Source: Halalkalibacterium halodurans (GTDB lineage Bacteria > Bacillota > Bacilli > Bacillales > Bacillaceae_D). From it: DNA of 32,000 bases. Of the stretch, positions 1 to 8,668 are shown one piece after another. The notes under the pieces were generated by a model. The model saw only the letters and a list, made by a program, of their open reading frames with translations, searched no databases and was not told the origin of the DNA. The first letter of the stretch is position 1. Every line of letters starts with the position of its first letter. The stretch lies in assembly GCF_004376175.1 (NCBI RefSeq), contig NZ_SNUY01000040.1, positions 5,279 to 37,278 on the forward strand, read 5' to 3'. The translations under genes were made by a program, and so were the position numbers.

Positions 1-345
1 GAGCAAATGCAGGAGTCTTATGTTTTGTATGCCAGGACGCGAGGCATTAAAGAAAAAGTCATCATGGTGAAGCATGTGCTGAAACTAGCGATTTCACCTG
101 TTATTACAGGACTAGGTATGAATGTAGGGAAATTGCTGACTGGGACGATTATCGTAGAACAAGTATTTTCTTGGCCTGGGTTCGGGCGTTATTTTGTTGA
201 TGCGATTTTTAACCGAGACATTCCCGTGATCCAATGTTACGTGCTGTTAGCTGCATGTCTGTTCATTGTGTGCAATTTAATTGTGGATCTTGTGCAACTG
301 GTAATGGATCCTCGTATTTCATTGAAAGGAAGGGCCGAATATTGA
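1..345 (+). CDS. ABC peptide/nickel-type importer permease (OppB/DppB/NikB family), C-terminal fragment; the 5' end lies outside the window
   Basis: Frame 1 is open from base 1 to TGA 343-345. The translation (..SPVITGLGMNVGKLLTGTIIVEQVFSWPGFGRYFVDAIFNRDIPVIQ..) matches the conserved C-terminal part of OppB-like binding-protein-dependent permeases. OppC-, OppD- and OppF-like genes follow directly. Confidence 0.85.
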   Translation, partial: EQMQESYVLYARTRGIKEKVIMVKHVLKLAISPVITGLGMNVGKLLTGTIIVEQVFSWPGFGRYFVDAIFNRDIPVIQCYVLLAACLFIVCNLIVDLVQLVMDPRISLKGRAEY

Positions 346-353
346 TTTCGAGT

Positions 354-1175
354 ATGCAGATCGCCTTGAAAAGTCAGAAGACCGTGGTCGTATGCTCGGT
401 CATTTTATTCGTTTTTTTCCTCGTGGCCATCTTGGCTCCGTGGATTGCTCCCCATGATCCGATTCAAGTGAATTTGGCGCTCAAGCTGTTGCCACCTTCG
501 TGGGAATATCCGTTAGGTACCGACCAGTTGGGGCGCTGCAATCTGTCGCGACTTCTATTTGGAGCACGTGTTTCGTTAGGGTTTGCCACTTTGATCTTTA
601 TTTCCTCCCTAGGAATTGGATTGCTGGTAGGGGCGATTGCTGGTTATAGGGGAGGCTGGATTGATAGTGTATTAATGCGCTTCTGTGAAGGGGTTATGGC
701 GTTTCCGAATCTCGTGCTCGTTCTTGGATTAGTCGGGTTATTCGGTCCTGGATTGTGGCAGGTGGTTTTGGCCTTAGTGATGGTTCAATGGGTGTATTAT
801 GCTCGGATGTTTCGTAGCATGATCGTCAGTTTGAAGGAGCAAAACTTCATTACGGCTGCCCGAATAAGTGGATCGTCGCCATGGAAGATCATTAGGCGTC
901 ATATCATCCCCAATGTTCTTCCCCCGATTGTGGTCATCGGCACACTAGAAATGGGGTGGGCCATCATGGACATTTCCGCACTTTCATTTCTAGGACTTGG
1001 GATTCAGCCACCTACTCCAGAGTGGGGAGCGATGATTCATGAGGGGAAATCGTTTATTCGGAGTCATCCTGAATTAATGCTCTATCCCGGGATTATGATA
1101 TTGCTTGTGGTCATGACGTTTAATGTTTTAGGTGAATCTTTATCGGGTCGGTTTGGCATTAAACGACGTTTCTAA
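354..1175 (+). CDS. ABC peptide/nickel-type importer permease (OppC/DppC/NikC family)
   Basis: The ORF track starts at 234, but that part overlaps the upstream gene. ATG 354 (MQIALKSQKT..) lies 9 nt after the upstream stop. The product is a multi-TM protein with an OppC-like N-terminus (..PHDP..LLPPSWEYPLGTDQLGR..) and an EAA-type loop (ARISGSSPWKIIRRHIIPN). Confidence 0.85.
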   Translation: MQIALKSQKTVVVCSVILFVFFLVAILAPWIAPHDPIQVNLALKLLPPSWEYPLGTDQLGRCNLSRLLFGARVSLGFATLIFISSLGIGLLVGAIAGYRGGWIDSVLMRFCEGVMAFPNLVLVLGLVGLFGPGLWQVVLALVMVQWVYYARMFRSMIVSLKEQNFITAARISGSSPWKIIRRHIIPNVLPPIVVIGTLEMGWAIMDISALSFLGLGIQPPTPEWGAMIHEGKSFIRSHPELMLYPGIMILLVVMTFNVLGESLSGRFGIKRRF

Positions 1176-1181
1176 AAAGGA

Positions 1182-2021
1182 ATGAGGAAATTGATAAATA
1201 ACAATCATCATGTCTTGAAGGTGAGAAATTTAAACGTCAAAGTAAAGTCAGATCAGGGGATGCTTCCACTTGTTCAGGATCTTCAGTTAGAGCTGAAACG
1301 AGGCAAAGTACTCGGTCTTGTTGGTGAAAGTGGTAGCGGGAAAACAATGACCTGTATGTCGATATTACAGCTTTTAGATCGGAAAACAACTTGCATAGAA
1401 GGAAGCATCCAATTGCAAGGACGTGAGCTAAATGGCTTAAAGGCAGAAGACATGCGGACGATTCGCGGGAAAGAGGTTGGCTACATTATGCAAAACCCGA
1501 TGAATGCCTTCTCGCCAGTATTTACGATTGGTAATCAATTTATTGAAACGATTCGTACTCATACCGAACTGACAAAAAGGCAAGCGTTTGAGTTAGCGGT
1601 TGCTTCAATGGAAACGGTCCATTTGCCGAAGCCATCTGAGTTGATGCGACGGTATCCGTTCCAGCTAAGCGGGGGAATGCTCCAACGGGTGATGATTGCG
1701 ATCTCGATGTGTCTACGTCCATCGGTCGTTATTGCTGATGAGCCGACAACAGCTTTAGATGTGACGAACCAATTACAAGTACTAAAGGAGTTAGATCGAC
1801 TTCGCTTAGAATCTGATTCAGCCATCCTTTTGATTTCCCATGATTTAGGGGTGATCGCAGAACTAGCTGACGAAGTGGCGGTAATGCAAAAGGGACGAAT
1901 CGTGGAAAAAGCAGACGTCTTTCAACTATTTGATCACCCTCAGCATGAATATACGAAAAAGCTTTTACAGGCGAGGCCCACATTGCCAATCTATGAACAG
2001 GCTCGAGAGTTCGCCTTTTAA
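1182..2021 (+). CDS. ABC transporter ATP-binding protein (OppD/DppD/NikD-like)
   Basis: Walker A is GESGSGKT, the signature is LSGGMLQR and Walker B is VIADEPTTALD. The start is uncertain because the SD AAAAGG sits only 1 nt before ATG 1182. Confidence 0.9.
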   Translation: MRKLINNNHHVLKVRNLNVKVKSDQGMLPLVQDLQLELKRGKVLGLVGESGSGKTMTCMSILQLLDRKTTCIEGSIQLQGRELNGLKAEDMRTIRGKEVGYIMQNPMNAFSPVFTIGNQFIETIRTHTELTKRQAFELAVASMETVHLPKPSELMRRYPFQLSGGMLQRVMIAISMCLRPSVVIADEPTTALDVTNQLQVLKELDRLRLESDSAILLISHDLGVIAELADEVAVMQKGRIVEKADVFQLFDHPQHEYTKKLLQARPTLPIYEQAREFAF

Positions 2022-2044
2022 AATTTGTGGAAGGAGGTGGGCAA

Positions 2045-2860
2045 GTGAGTTTACTAGAAGTGAGAGATGTGACCCATACGTATCGTACCTCCCTTTTGTT
2101 TTGGCGTGCGAAACAGCGGGCACCTGTTCTTACCAATGTGTCCCTTTCGATCGAAGAAGGGATGTGTATGGGGCTCCTTGGAACGAGTGGAGCAGGGAAA
2201 AGCACGTTAGGTAAAGTCATCCTTGGTCTTGCAAAGCCACAAAAAGGAACGGTTTTTTTCCAAGGACAAGATCTTTATCAAATGGACCCGAAATCCCGTA
2301 GACGTGTTCGCCGTGATCTTCAAGTCGTTTTTCAAGATTGCTATTCGTCCGTAAATCCGCGGATGACTGCTGAGCAAATCATCGGGGAACCTTTGGAAAA
2401 CTACGAAAGATTGTCCGCCTCCGAACAGAAACGAAAGATTGCTCATTTACTAGACATGGTCGGGCTTCGTTCGGACGATATGAGAAAATACCCCCGTGAA
2501 TTTAGCGGAGGGCAACTCCAAAGAATTAATATTGCGAGAGCCATTGCGTTAAAGCCGAAGCTCGTTGTATTAGATGAATCTGTAAGTAGTTTAGATATGG
2601 TTAATCAAACCGTAATTTTGGAATTATTACGTGAATTAAAGGCAGTGTTCGGCCTTTCTTATCTTTTTATCACGCATGACATAAAAGCGGCGTACTCCAT
2701 TTCCGATGAATTAGCTGTTACGGAGAAAGGACAGCTAATAGAACAATGCAAGGACAAAGCTCAACTCTTTTCGTCCAAGCATCCTGCTGTAAAGAATCTG
2801 CTCTCTTCCATCCTTTCTGAGCACCCTCGGCATCGGTCCATTTCTACGGGGAGTGTTTGA
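2045..2860 (+). CDS. ABC transporter ATP-binding protein (OppF/DppF/NikE-like)
   Basis: Walker A is GTSGAGKST, the signature is FSGGQLQR and Walker B is LVVLDESVSSLD. I prefer GTG 2045, which is in frame with the track ORF at 2027, because AAGGAGGTG lies just upstream of it. Confidence 0.9.
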   Translation: MSLLEVRDVTHTYRTSLLFWRAKQRAPVLTNVSLSIEEGMCMGLLGTSGAGKSTLGKVILGLAKPQKGTVFFQGQDLYQMDPKSRRRVRRDLQVVFQDCYSSVNPRMTAEQIIGEPLENYERLSASEQKRKIAHLLDMVGLRSDDMRKYPREFSGGQLQRINIARAIALKPKLVVLDESVSSLDMVNQTVILELLRELKAVFGLSYLFITHDIKAAYSISDELAVTEKGQLIEQCKDKAQLFSSKHPAVKNLLSSILSEHPRHRSISTGSV

Positions 2861-2876
2861 AATACACTCTTTCTTC
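2850..2876 (+). terminator. Weak intrinsic terminator overlapping the stop codon of the ABC operon
   Basis: GGAGTGT (2850-2856) and ACACTCT (2864-2870) form a 7-bp stem that includes one G-U pair, followed by a TTCTTC tract. The stem is short. Confidence 0.35.
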
Positions 2877-2974
2877 GACGAGTGAGAACAAAGTACTTGA
2901 AAGAGACTCCCCTTGTAGAGGTGGATGGGGATGTAGAGAATTTTATCGTTCGCGATGATCCTGTAAGGGTGGCC

Positions 2975-3163
2975 CTAACCGACACCGCTAGTTTTTGAAG
3001 GGCGACCAAGTAATTTCCAAGCAGTATAGCCTTTTGATAGAAAATAAGCAATGAGTAATAAGCCAGCTAAGATACCATCAATCCATGCAATCATCCCGGC
3101 CCCCTCTACACCGCCTTGATGGAAAGTTCCTTTATTAAGTACTCTAGTCATTTGTGATGACAA
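2975..3163 (-). CDS. Possible small single-TM membrane protein (58-62 aa), unknown function
   Basis: The ORF has one clear hydrophobic helix (GMIAWIDGILAGLLLIAYFL). No convincing SD precedes either TTG 3163 or ATG 3151. The call rests only on ORF length, coding-like composition and its position in an otherwise empty 390-nt gap. Confidence 0.3.
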   Translation of the reverse strand: MSSQMTRVLNKGTFHQGGVEGAGMIAWIDGILAGLLLIAYFLSKGYTAWKLLGRPSKTSGVG

Positions 3164-3255
3164 AAATAGGAATAAACTGTTATACTATGTAATCATCCAC
3201 CTGAATGCCACCCACTCATAAAAAACGAATCTAGAAAAGAAGGCGATTGCTTTTG

Positions 3256-4140
3256 ATGAGACTGTTGCGAGCAAAACGTAAAGTAAGCCTAGAGCAGCTA
3301 GTGGAAAACGAAAATATACAGAACATAAGTGTAGATTACAACGGAAACCTTGTGATTTTATCAGTGACAAAGGATGGAGGGGACACACTTCACTCCATTT
3401 TTCATGTGACGGCATCGGGGGTAAGGAAAATTTTTGTGCCACCTGTTAAAGAAGCTTTTCACCATGTGCAGCCATTAAGGGAGCACTGGCTTCTTGTCAA
3501 TGGGCGGGTAATGGACAATCAAACGCATAATGCTTTTGTTTACGATGACCAACAGGGTTTGGTTACATCCTTTCATTTAGGGGATGGGATTGAGCATGTG
3601 CAAACGACGGATCAAGGTGATATCTGGGTAGGCTATTTTGATGAAGGTGTGTTTGGCGATACGATCGGCACGAGTGGTTTATTGTGTTTTGATCAGAAGG
3701 GAGACATCGTTTTTGACTTCGACGCTCTCGTAAAAATAAACAAAAAAATTCCGCTCATTGATGATTGCTATGCCTTAAATGTCGTCTCAAATGACACAGT
3801 GTATTTGTATTACTTCGGAGACTTTCCGACAGTAGCATTGCGTCGTAAATCTGAGTATGATCTATGGAAAGATCAACTGCTTAAACGTCCGCCAATTGAA
3901 GGAAGCCAAGCGTTTTCCATTTGGGAAGATCACGTCCTGTTTAGCCATGGATACAAAGAAAAAGGAACCGTGCATCTTTATTCGTTCACACAAAAGAGGG
4001 TCAAAAGCTATCTTCCTGTCAATGAAGAGGACGAGGTCATTCACTATGAGTTTGCTACTGGACGCCAGCATCTCTTGTATTTAGTGACTGAGAACACGGT
4101 CTATCAAATCGACCTTAAACTATGGCTGTCTTCCTTTTAA
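3256..4140 (+). CDS. Hypothetical cytoplasmic protein (about 294 aa), no family recognised
   Basis: This is a long ORF with coding-like composition. The SD-like AAGAAGG ends at 3243. Candidate starts are TTG 3253 and ATG 3256 (the track starts at TTG 3247). There is no signal peptide or TM segment. Repeated short beta-strand-like segments (DIWVGYFDEG, GLLCFDQKGDIVFDFD, TVYLYYFGDF) suggest an all-beta or propeller-like fold. Confidence 0.7.
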   Translation: MRLLRAKRKVSLEQLVENENIQNISVDYNGNLVILSVTKDGGDTLHSIFHVTASGVRKIFVPPVKEAFHHVQPLREHWLLVNGRVMDNQTHNAFVYDDQQGLVTSFHLGDGIEHVQTTDQGDIWVGYFDEGVFGDTIGTSGLLCFDQKGDIVFDFDALVKINKKIPLIDDCYALNVVSNDTVYLYYFGDFPTVALRRKSEYDLWKDQLLKRPPIEGSQAFSIWEDHVLFSHGYKEKGTVHLYSFTQKRVKSYLPVNEEDEVIHYEFATGRQHLLYLVTENTVYQIDLKLWLSSF

Positions 4141-4154
4141 CGGACAAGCATTTT

Positions 4155-4190
4155 AAAAAAAGATGCGCTCAGACCACGCGCATCTTTTTT
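4155..4190. terminator. Bidirectional intrinsic terminator between convergent genes
   Basis: AAGATGCGC (4160-4168) pairs perfectly with GCGCATCTT (4178-4186). An A-run lies on the 5' side and a T-run on the 3' side, so the element can work on both strands. Confidence 0.75.
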
Positions 4191-4196
4191 CCGTTG

Positions 4197-5390
4197 CTAC
4201 AGAAGCGACAATAAATAGCCACCGATAGCACCAGTTAGGACAATCACCCAAGGGGGCAGCTTCCAAAAAACGAGCATCGCGAATAAGAGGGCAGCAAAGG
4301 CAAAGTCGGTTGCTGATAAGATCGAACTCGTCCAGATTGGGTGATAGAGGGCAGCGATCAAAATTCCGACGACGGCTGCATTCACGCCCATTAACGCTCC
4401 TTTAACTTTAGGATTGCGGCGAAGCGAGTTCCAGAACGGCAATGTCCCTAAAATCAGGAGAAACGCTGGCAAGAAGATCGCCACTGTTGCGATGAGACCG
4501 CCTTGCCAACCATCAATGACGGCACCAATGTAGGCGGCAAATGTAAACAACGGTCCAGGGACAGCTTGGGCGGCACCATAGCCAGCAAGAAATTCAGCTT
4601 CACTTAGCCACCCTGTTGGAACAAATTCTCGTTCGAGTAACGGTAAGACGACGTGACCGCCACCGAACACGAGTGCTCCTGCGCGGTAGAAACTATCAAA
4701 CATAGCAATCCAGTTTTGGTTGGTGAACTCTCTGAGGAGCGGTAGAGCGATCAAGAGCCCGAAAAACAACGTAAGGCAGACCGCTGCAAACCGGTGAGAA
4801 ATCGGGAAGCTTGAATGCTCTAGCTTCTCATCGATCGTTTCGTTGCGAAAAAGAAGATAGCCCACGAATCCGGCGATTAGGATAACACCCACTTGCGTAA
4901 AGGCCGTTTGCCATAATAAAGTGAGAATTACTGCAAACAGGGCGATCGTTTTTCTTTTTGCATCTGGGGTAAGGTTTTTCGCCATTCCTAAAATCGCATG
5001 GGCGACAACGACGACAGCAACGATTTTTAAGCCGTGAATCCAGCCTGCCTCTTGAAATCCGAACGTAAGTAGTAGCAGGGCGAAAACGATTAAAGCAATC
5101 ACCGACGGGAGGGTGAACCCAAGAAATGAGACAACCCCACCCAATACACCTGCGCGCATGACGCCGATCCCAATCCCTACTTGGCTACTAGCTGGACCAG
5201 GCAAGAACTGACAGAGGGCGACTAAATCGGCATAGCTCTTTTCGTCCAGCCATTTTCTCCGGCGGACATACTCCTCGTGGAAATAGCCGAGGTGGGCAAT
5301 GGGGCCACCGAATGATGTGAGCCCAAGCCGGGTTGACACGATTAAAATTTCGAGTAACGTTTTTATATTGTTGCCTTTTTGTACTGACAT
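4197..5390 (-). CDS. chrA: Chromate ion transporter, CHR family (long, two-domain form)
   Basis: The 397-aa polytopic protein carries characteristic CHR motifs in both halves: FGGPIAHLGYF..LPGPASSQ in the N-terminal half and VFGGGHVVLPLL..QAVPGPLFTFAAYIG in the C-terminal half. Confidence 0.9.
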   Translation of the reverse strand: MSVQKGNNIKTLLEILIVSTRLGLTSFGGPIAHLGYFHEEYVRRRKWLDEKSYADLVALCQFLPGPASSQVGIGIGVMRAGVLGGVVSFLGFTLPSVIALIVFALLLLTFGFQEAGWIHGLKIVAVVVVAHAILGMAKNLTPDAKRKTIALFAVILTLLWQTAFTQVGVILIAGFVGYLLFRNETIDEKLEHSSFPISHRFAAVCLTLFFGLLIALPLLREFTNQNWIAMFDSFYRAGALVFGGGHVVLPLLEREFVPTGWLSEAEFLAGYGAAQAVPGPLFTFAAYIGAVIDGWQGGLIATVAIFLPAFLLILGTLPFWNSLRRNPKVKGALMGVNAAVVGILIAALYHPIWTSSILSATDFAFAALLFAMLVFWKLPPWVIVLTGAIGGYLLSLL

Positions 5391-5408
5391 AGCTCCTCCC
5401 TCTTTTGC

Positions 5409-5717
5409 TTATTCTTTAATTTCTTTAAAAAGTTCATAAGCTTTGCTCCGTGCTTCCTTTAAGACGGATTCCCCTTTGGCAGTGGTCGTATAATATTTGC
5501 GAATCTTTCCCTCCACCTTTTGTTCTTGTTTTACTAATAGGCCGTCCGCCTCCATACTATGGAGAATCGGATAGAGGGTACCTGCACTCATGTCATATCC
5601 GTGCTCTTTCAGCTCTTCAAGCATCCATAATCCAAAGATCGGATGCTCCTTTGCATGGTGCAAAATATGGATTTGGATAAAGCCTAGGAATAGCTTTCGT
5701 AAAATTTTATCCTCCAA
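5409..5717 (-). CDS. PadR-family transcriptional regulator, probably the chromate-efflux regulator (ChrI/ChrS-like)
   Basis: The 102-aa product has a PadR winged-helix signature (ILHHAKEHPIFGLWMLEELKEHGYDMSAGTLYPILHSMEADGLL). The start is TTG 5717 with GGAAGGGA upstream. The gene ends 18 nt upstream of chrA on the same strand. Confidence 0.85.
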   Translation of the reverse strand: MEDKILRKLFLGFIQIHILHHAKEHPIFGLWMLEELKEHGYDMSAGTLYPILHSMEADGLLVKQEQKVEGKIRKYYTTTAKGESVLKEARSKAYELFKEIKE

Positions 5718-5737
5718 ACGATCATCCCTTCCTATTA

Positions 5738-5763
5738 TCGATATTCAATATCGAAATTCGATA
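5738..5763. promoter_or_regulatory. Candidate PadR operator made of two overlapping perfect palindromes
   Basis: TCGATATT-C-AATATCGA (5738-5754) and TATCGAA-A-TTCGATA (5749-5763) share the central half-site. They sit 21-46 nt upstream of the PadR start codon. Confidence 0.5.
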
Positions 5764-5914
5764 ATAAAACGATAACAAATTGACACTTGAATTTCAAAGG
5801 GATCGAGAAGAATTAACAACATCTTTACAAATGGATAAGCCAAAAAGACAGTAATAAATGGTGAAAATAAGGTATAGTTATCCAATCGAATGAAGGAGAG
5901 GAGGAGAATAACCA

Positions 5915-6025
5915 ATGAATCTATTAAGCGATGTCGTTTTAAGACTCGCCCTCTCCATACCTGTAGAGCCAATTAATGTAGAAATGGTAAAAAGGGGGGA
6001 TCAAAAAGTTTGGGTTTGTTGTTAG
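5915..6025 (+). CDS. Candidate small ORF (36 aa): MNLLSDVVLRLALSIPVEPINVEMVKRGDQKVWVCC
   Basis: It is below the size cutoff of the ORF track. ATG 5915 lies 8-10 nt after an unusually strong SD (GAAGGAGAGGAGGAG, 5892-5906). The stop is TAG 6023-6025. A structured region and a hairpin follow downstream. Confidence 0.3.
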   Translation: MNLLSDVVLRLALSIPVEPINVEMVKRGDQKVWVCC

Positions 6026-6088
6026 CTTTGCTTATCAGGCGGTGACAGCAGGGCTTGAACTGGTGATCAGTCCTGATAGGAATGGTCA

Positions 6089-6125
6089 CTAAGCGACGTT
6101 CTTAACAGTCGCTTAGCTGATTTTA
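6089..6125 (+). terminator. Hairpin, possibly the terminator of the small-ORF transcript
   Basis: CTAAGCGAC (6089-6097) pairs perfectly with GTCGCTTAG (6108-6116), followed by CTGATTTTA. The U-tract is weak. Confidence 0.4.
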
Positions 6126-6141
6126 ACATACGGGAAATCGG

Positions 6142-6696
6142 TTAACGGCTATCTTTATCAACACTTACGTTTCGACCAGGATAAAACTTTAAGGACTCAA
6201 TCGGTTCATTCACTTTCGCCGTTCGTTCACGGCAGCTAATTTTATAAATCGCCGTTCGACTACCTAACGACGAGCGGTATTTCTCTACGTGGCTCGCAGC
6301 GAGTGGTGAATGATAATAGCCGGGGACGTATTTATCTAACATTTGTTGCATGGCTTCGGTTCCTTCCTCTATAGCTAAAACGGGTTCGATCGTTCCAAAA
6401 ATGATAACGCTCATGTAAGCCGTATCGGTGTGGGCGGGGATCGGTGACAAGATCGTTCCGAGATCCTCACATATGGTAAAACACACTTCGGGATTTTCTT
6501 CGATCATCTTCATCTTTCTCCCTTCAGTTGCCCCATGAAAATAAATCGCGTGGTTATGCCAGACGAAATTTAATGGGATCACGTACGGTTGATCGTTCGT
6601 TGAAAGCCCTAAAAATCCAGTTCTTGCTTTATTGAGAAACTCAGTGATTTTTTTCTCGTCCTTGCATTCTCTTTTCGTATAACGAATCGCGTTCAT
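6142..6696 (-). CDS. Pyridoxamine 5'-phosphate oxidase-family flavoprotein (Pyridox_ox_2 / NimA-like)
   Basis: [61 protein letters not shown].. is typical of the split-barrel FMN-binding family. I prefer ATG 6696 (GGGAGG lies 12 nt upstream) over the track start at 6738. Confidence 0.8.
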   Translation of the reverse strand: MNAIRYTKRECKDEKKITEFLNKARTGFLGLSTNDQPYVIPLNFVWHNHAIYFHGATEGRKMKMIEENPEVCFTICEDLGTILSPIPAHTDTAYMSVIIFGTIEPVLAIEEGTEAMQQMLDKYVPGYYHSPLAASHVEKYRSSLGSRTAIYKISCRERTAKVNEPIESLKFYPGRNVSVDKDSR

Positions 6697-6789
6697 AAAT
6701 AAACATGACCTCCCTCTATAAATTAAGATTTTCTTCAAAATGCTTTAAATATCTTAGAATTTCATTGCCTTTTGTTATCCTCTGATTAG

Positions 6790-8298
<1,509 letters not shown>

Positions 8299-8306
8299 TC
8301 CCTTTT

Positions 8307-8339
8307 AGAGGGGCCGTTTAGCAGCGGCCTCTCTTTTTC
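8307..8339 (+). terminator. Intrinsic terminator of the GH1 gene
   Basis: AGAGGGGCCG (8307-8316) pairs with CGGCCTCTCT (8325-8334) in a 10-bp stem with one G-U pair, followed by a T-run. Confidence 0.8.
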
Positions 8340-8385
8340 ATTTTACTAGGGCTAAGAGGGCAGCCAAGTTTTTCTAAAAACAATA

Positions 8386-8414
8386 TTGACAGCACCCTTT
8401 AAGAGGAGTACATT
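8386..8414 (+). promoter_or_regulatory. Candidate sigma-A promoter for the ktrAB leader
   Basis: TTGACA (8386-8391), a 17-nt spacer, then TACATT (8409-8414). Confidence 0.4.
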
Positions 8415-8444
8415 TATGAGCGAAAACATAAAAAGATACTCGTG

Positions 8445-8585
8445 CACCTTTAATCGCTGAATCTCTATTGAGAGCGGGGGAACCATATTGACAGAGTCGT
8501 TTCTGTCTTGGGGTGAATCTTATGTTTTTTATAAGAAGGGATACTCTCCATCCCTAATCCGACAGCTAACCTCGTAAGCGTTGAT
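8445..8585 (+). ncRNA. c-di-AMP riboswitch (ydaO/yuaA motif)
   Basis: The hallmark blocks appear in the right order: AATCGCTGAATC..GAGCGGGGGAACCA..GGGGTGAATC..CCTAATCCGACAGCTAACCTCGTAAGCG. They nearly match the B. subtilis ydaO and yuaA (ktrA) leaders. The element lies directly upstream of ktrA, the classic genomic context. Confidence 0.9.
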
Positions 8586-8609
8586 TCGAGAGAGGGTCTC
8601 GATTTTTTT
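8586..8609 (+). terminator. Expression-platform terminator of the c-di-AMP riboswitch
   Basis: TCGAGA (8586-8591) pairs with TCTCGA (8597-8602), followed by T7 (8603-8609). Confidence 0.6.
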
Positions 8610-8610
8610 C

Positions 8611-8640
8611 AAGACCATCTTCTTTGAGGTGGTCTTTTAT
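8611..8640 (+). terminator. Second hairpin in tandem, between the riboswitch terminator and the ktrA SD
   Basis: AAGACCA (8611-8617) pairs with TGGTCTT (8630-8636), followed by TTAT. Confidence 0.35.
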
Positions 8641-8668
8641 TGGTGCGATGGGAGAAAAGGAGCTCAAG

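Noticed and set aside
234-353. N-terminal 40 codons of the track ORF 234..1175
   Set aside because: They overlap the end of the upstream permease gene in another frame. The OppC-like sequence begins only at ATG 354.
1729-2220. 163-aa reverse-strand ORF, plus the smaller ORFs at 1540-1825
   Set aside because: They are fully antisense to two well-supported ABC ATPase genes. The translations are low-complexity and Arg/Pro/Ser-rich, with no SD.
2761-3051. 96-aa reverse-strand ORF
   Set aside because: It overlaps the end of the ATPase gene and the 62-aa ORF region. It has no SD and no recognisable features.
5745-5972. 75-aa reverse-strand ORF across the PadR promoter region
   Set aside because: It spans the operator palindromes and the AT-rich intergenic DNA and runs antisense to the small-ORF SD. 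There is no SD, so it is most likely a chance ORF.
8416-8457. 13-aa ORF (MSENIKRYSCTFNR) with AAGAGGAG 7 nt upstream, at the 5' edge of the c-di-AMP riboswitch
   Set aside because: If the TTGACA-17-TACATT promoter is used, transcription starts downstream of this ATG. The SD-like run then lies in the promoter spacer. The ORF also runs into the conserved aptamer.
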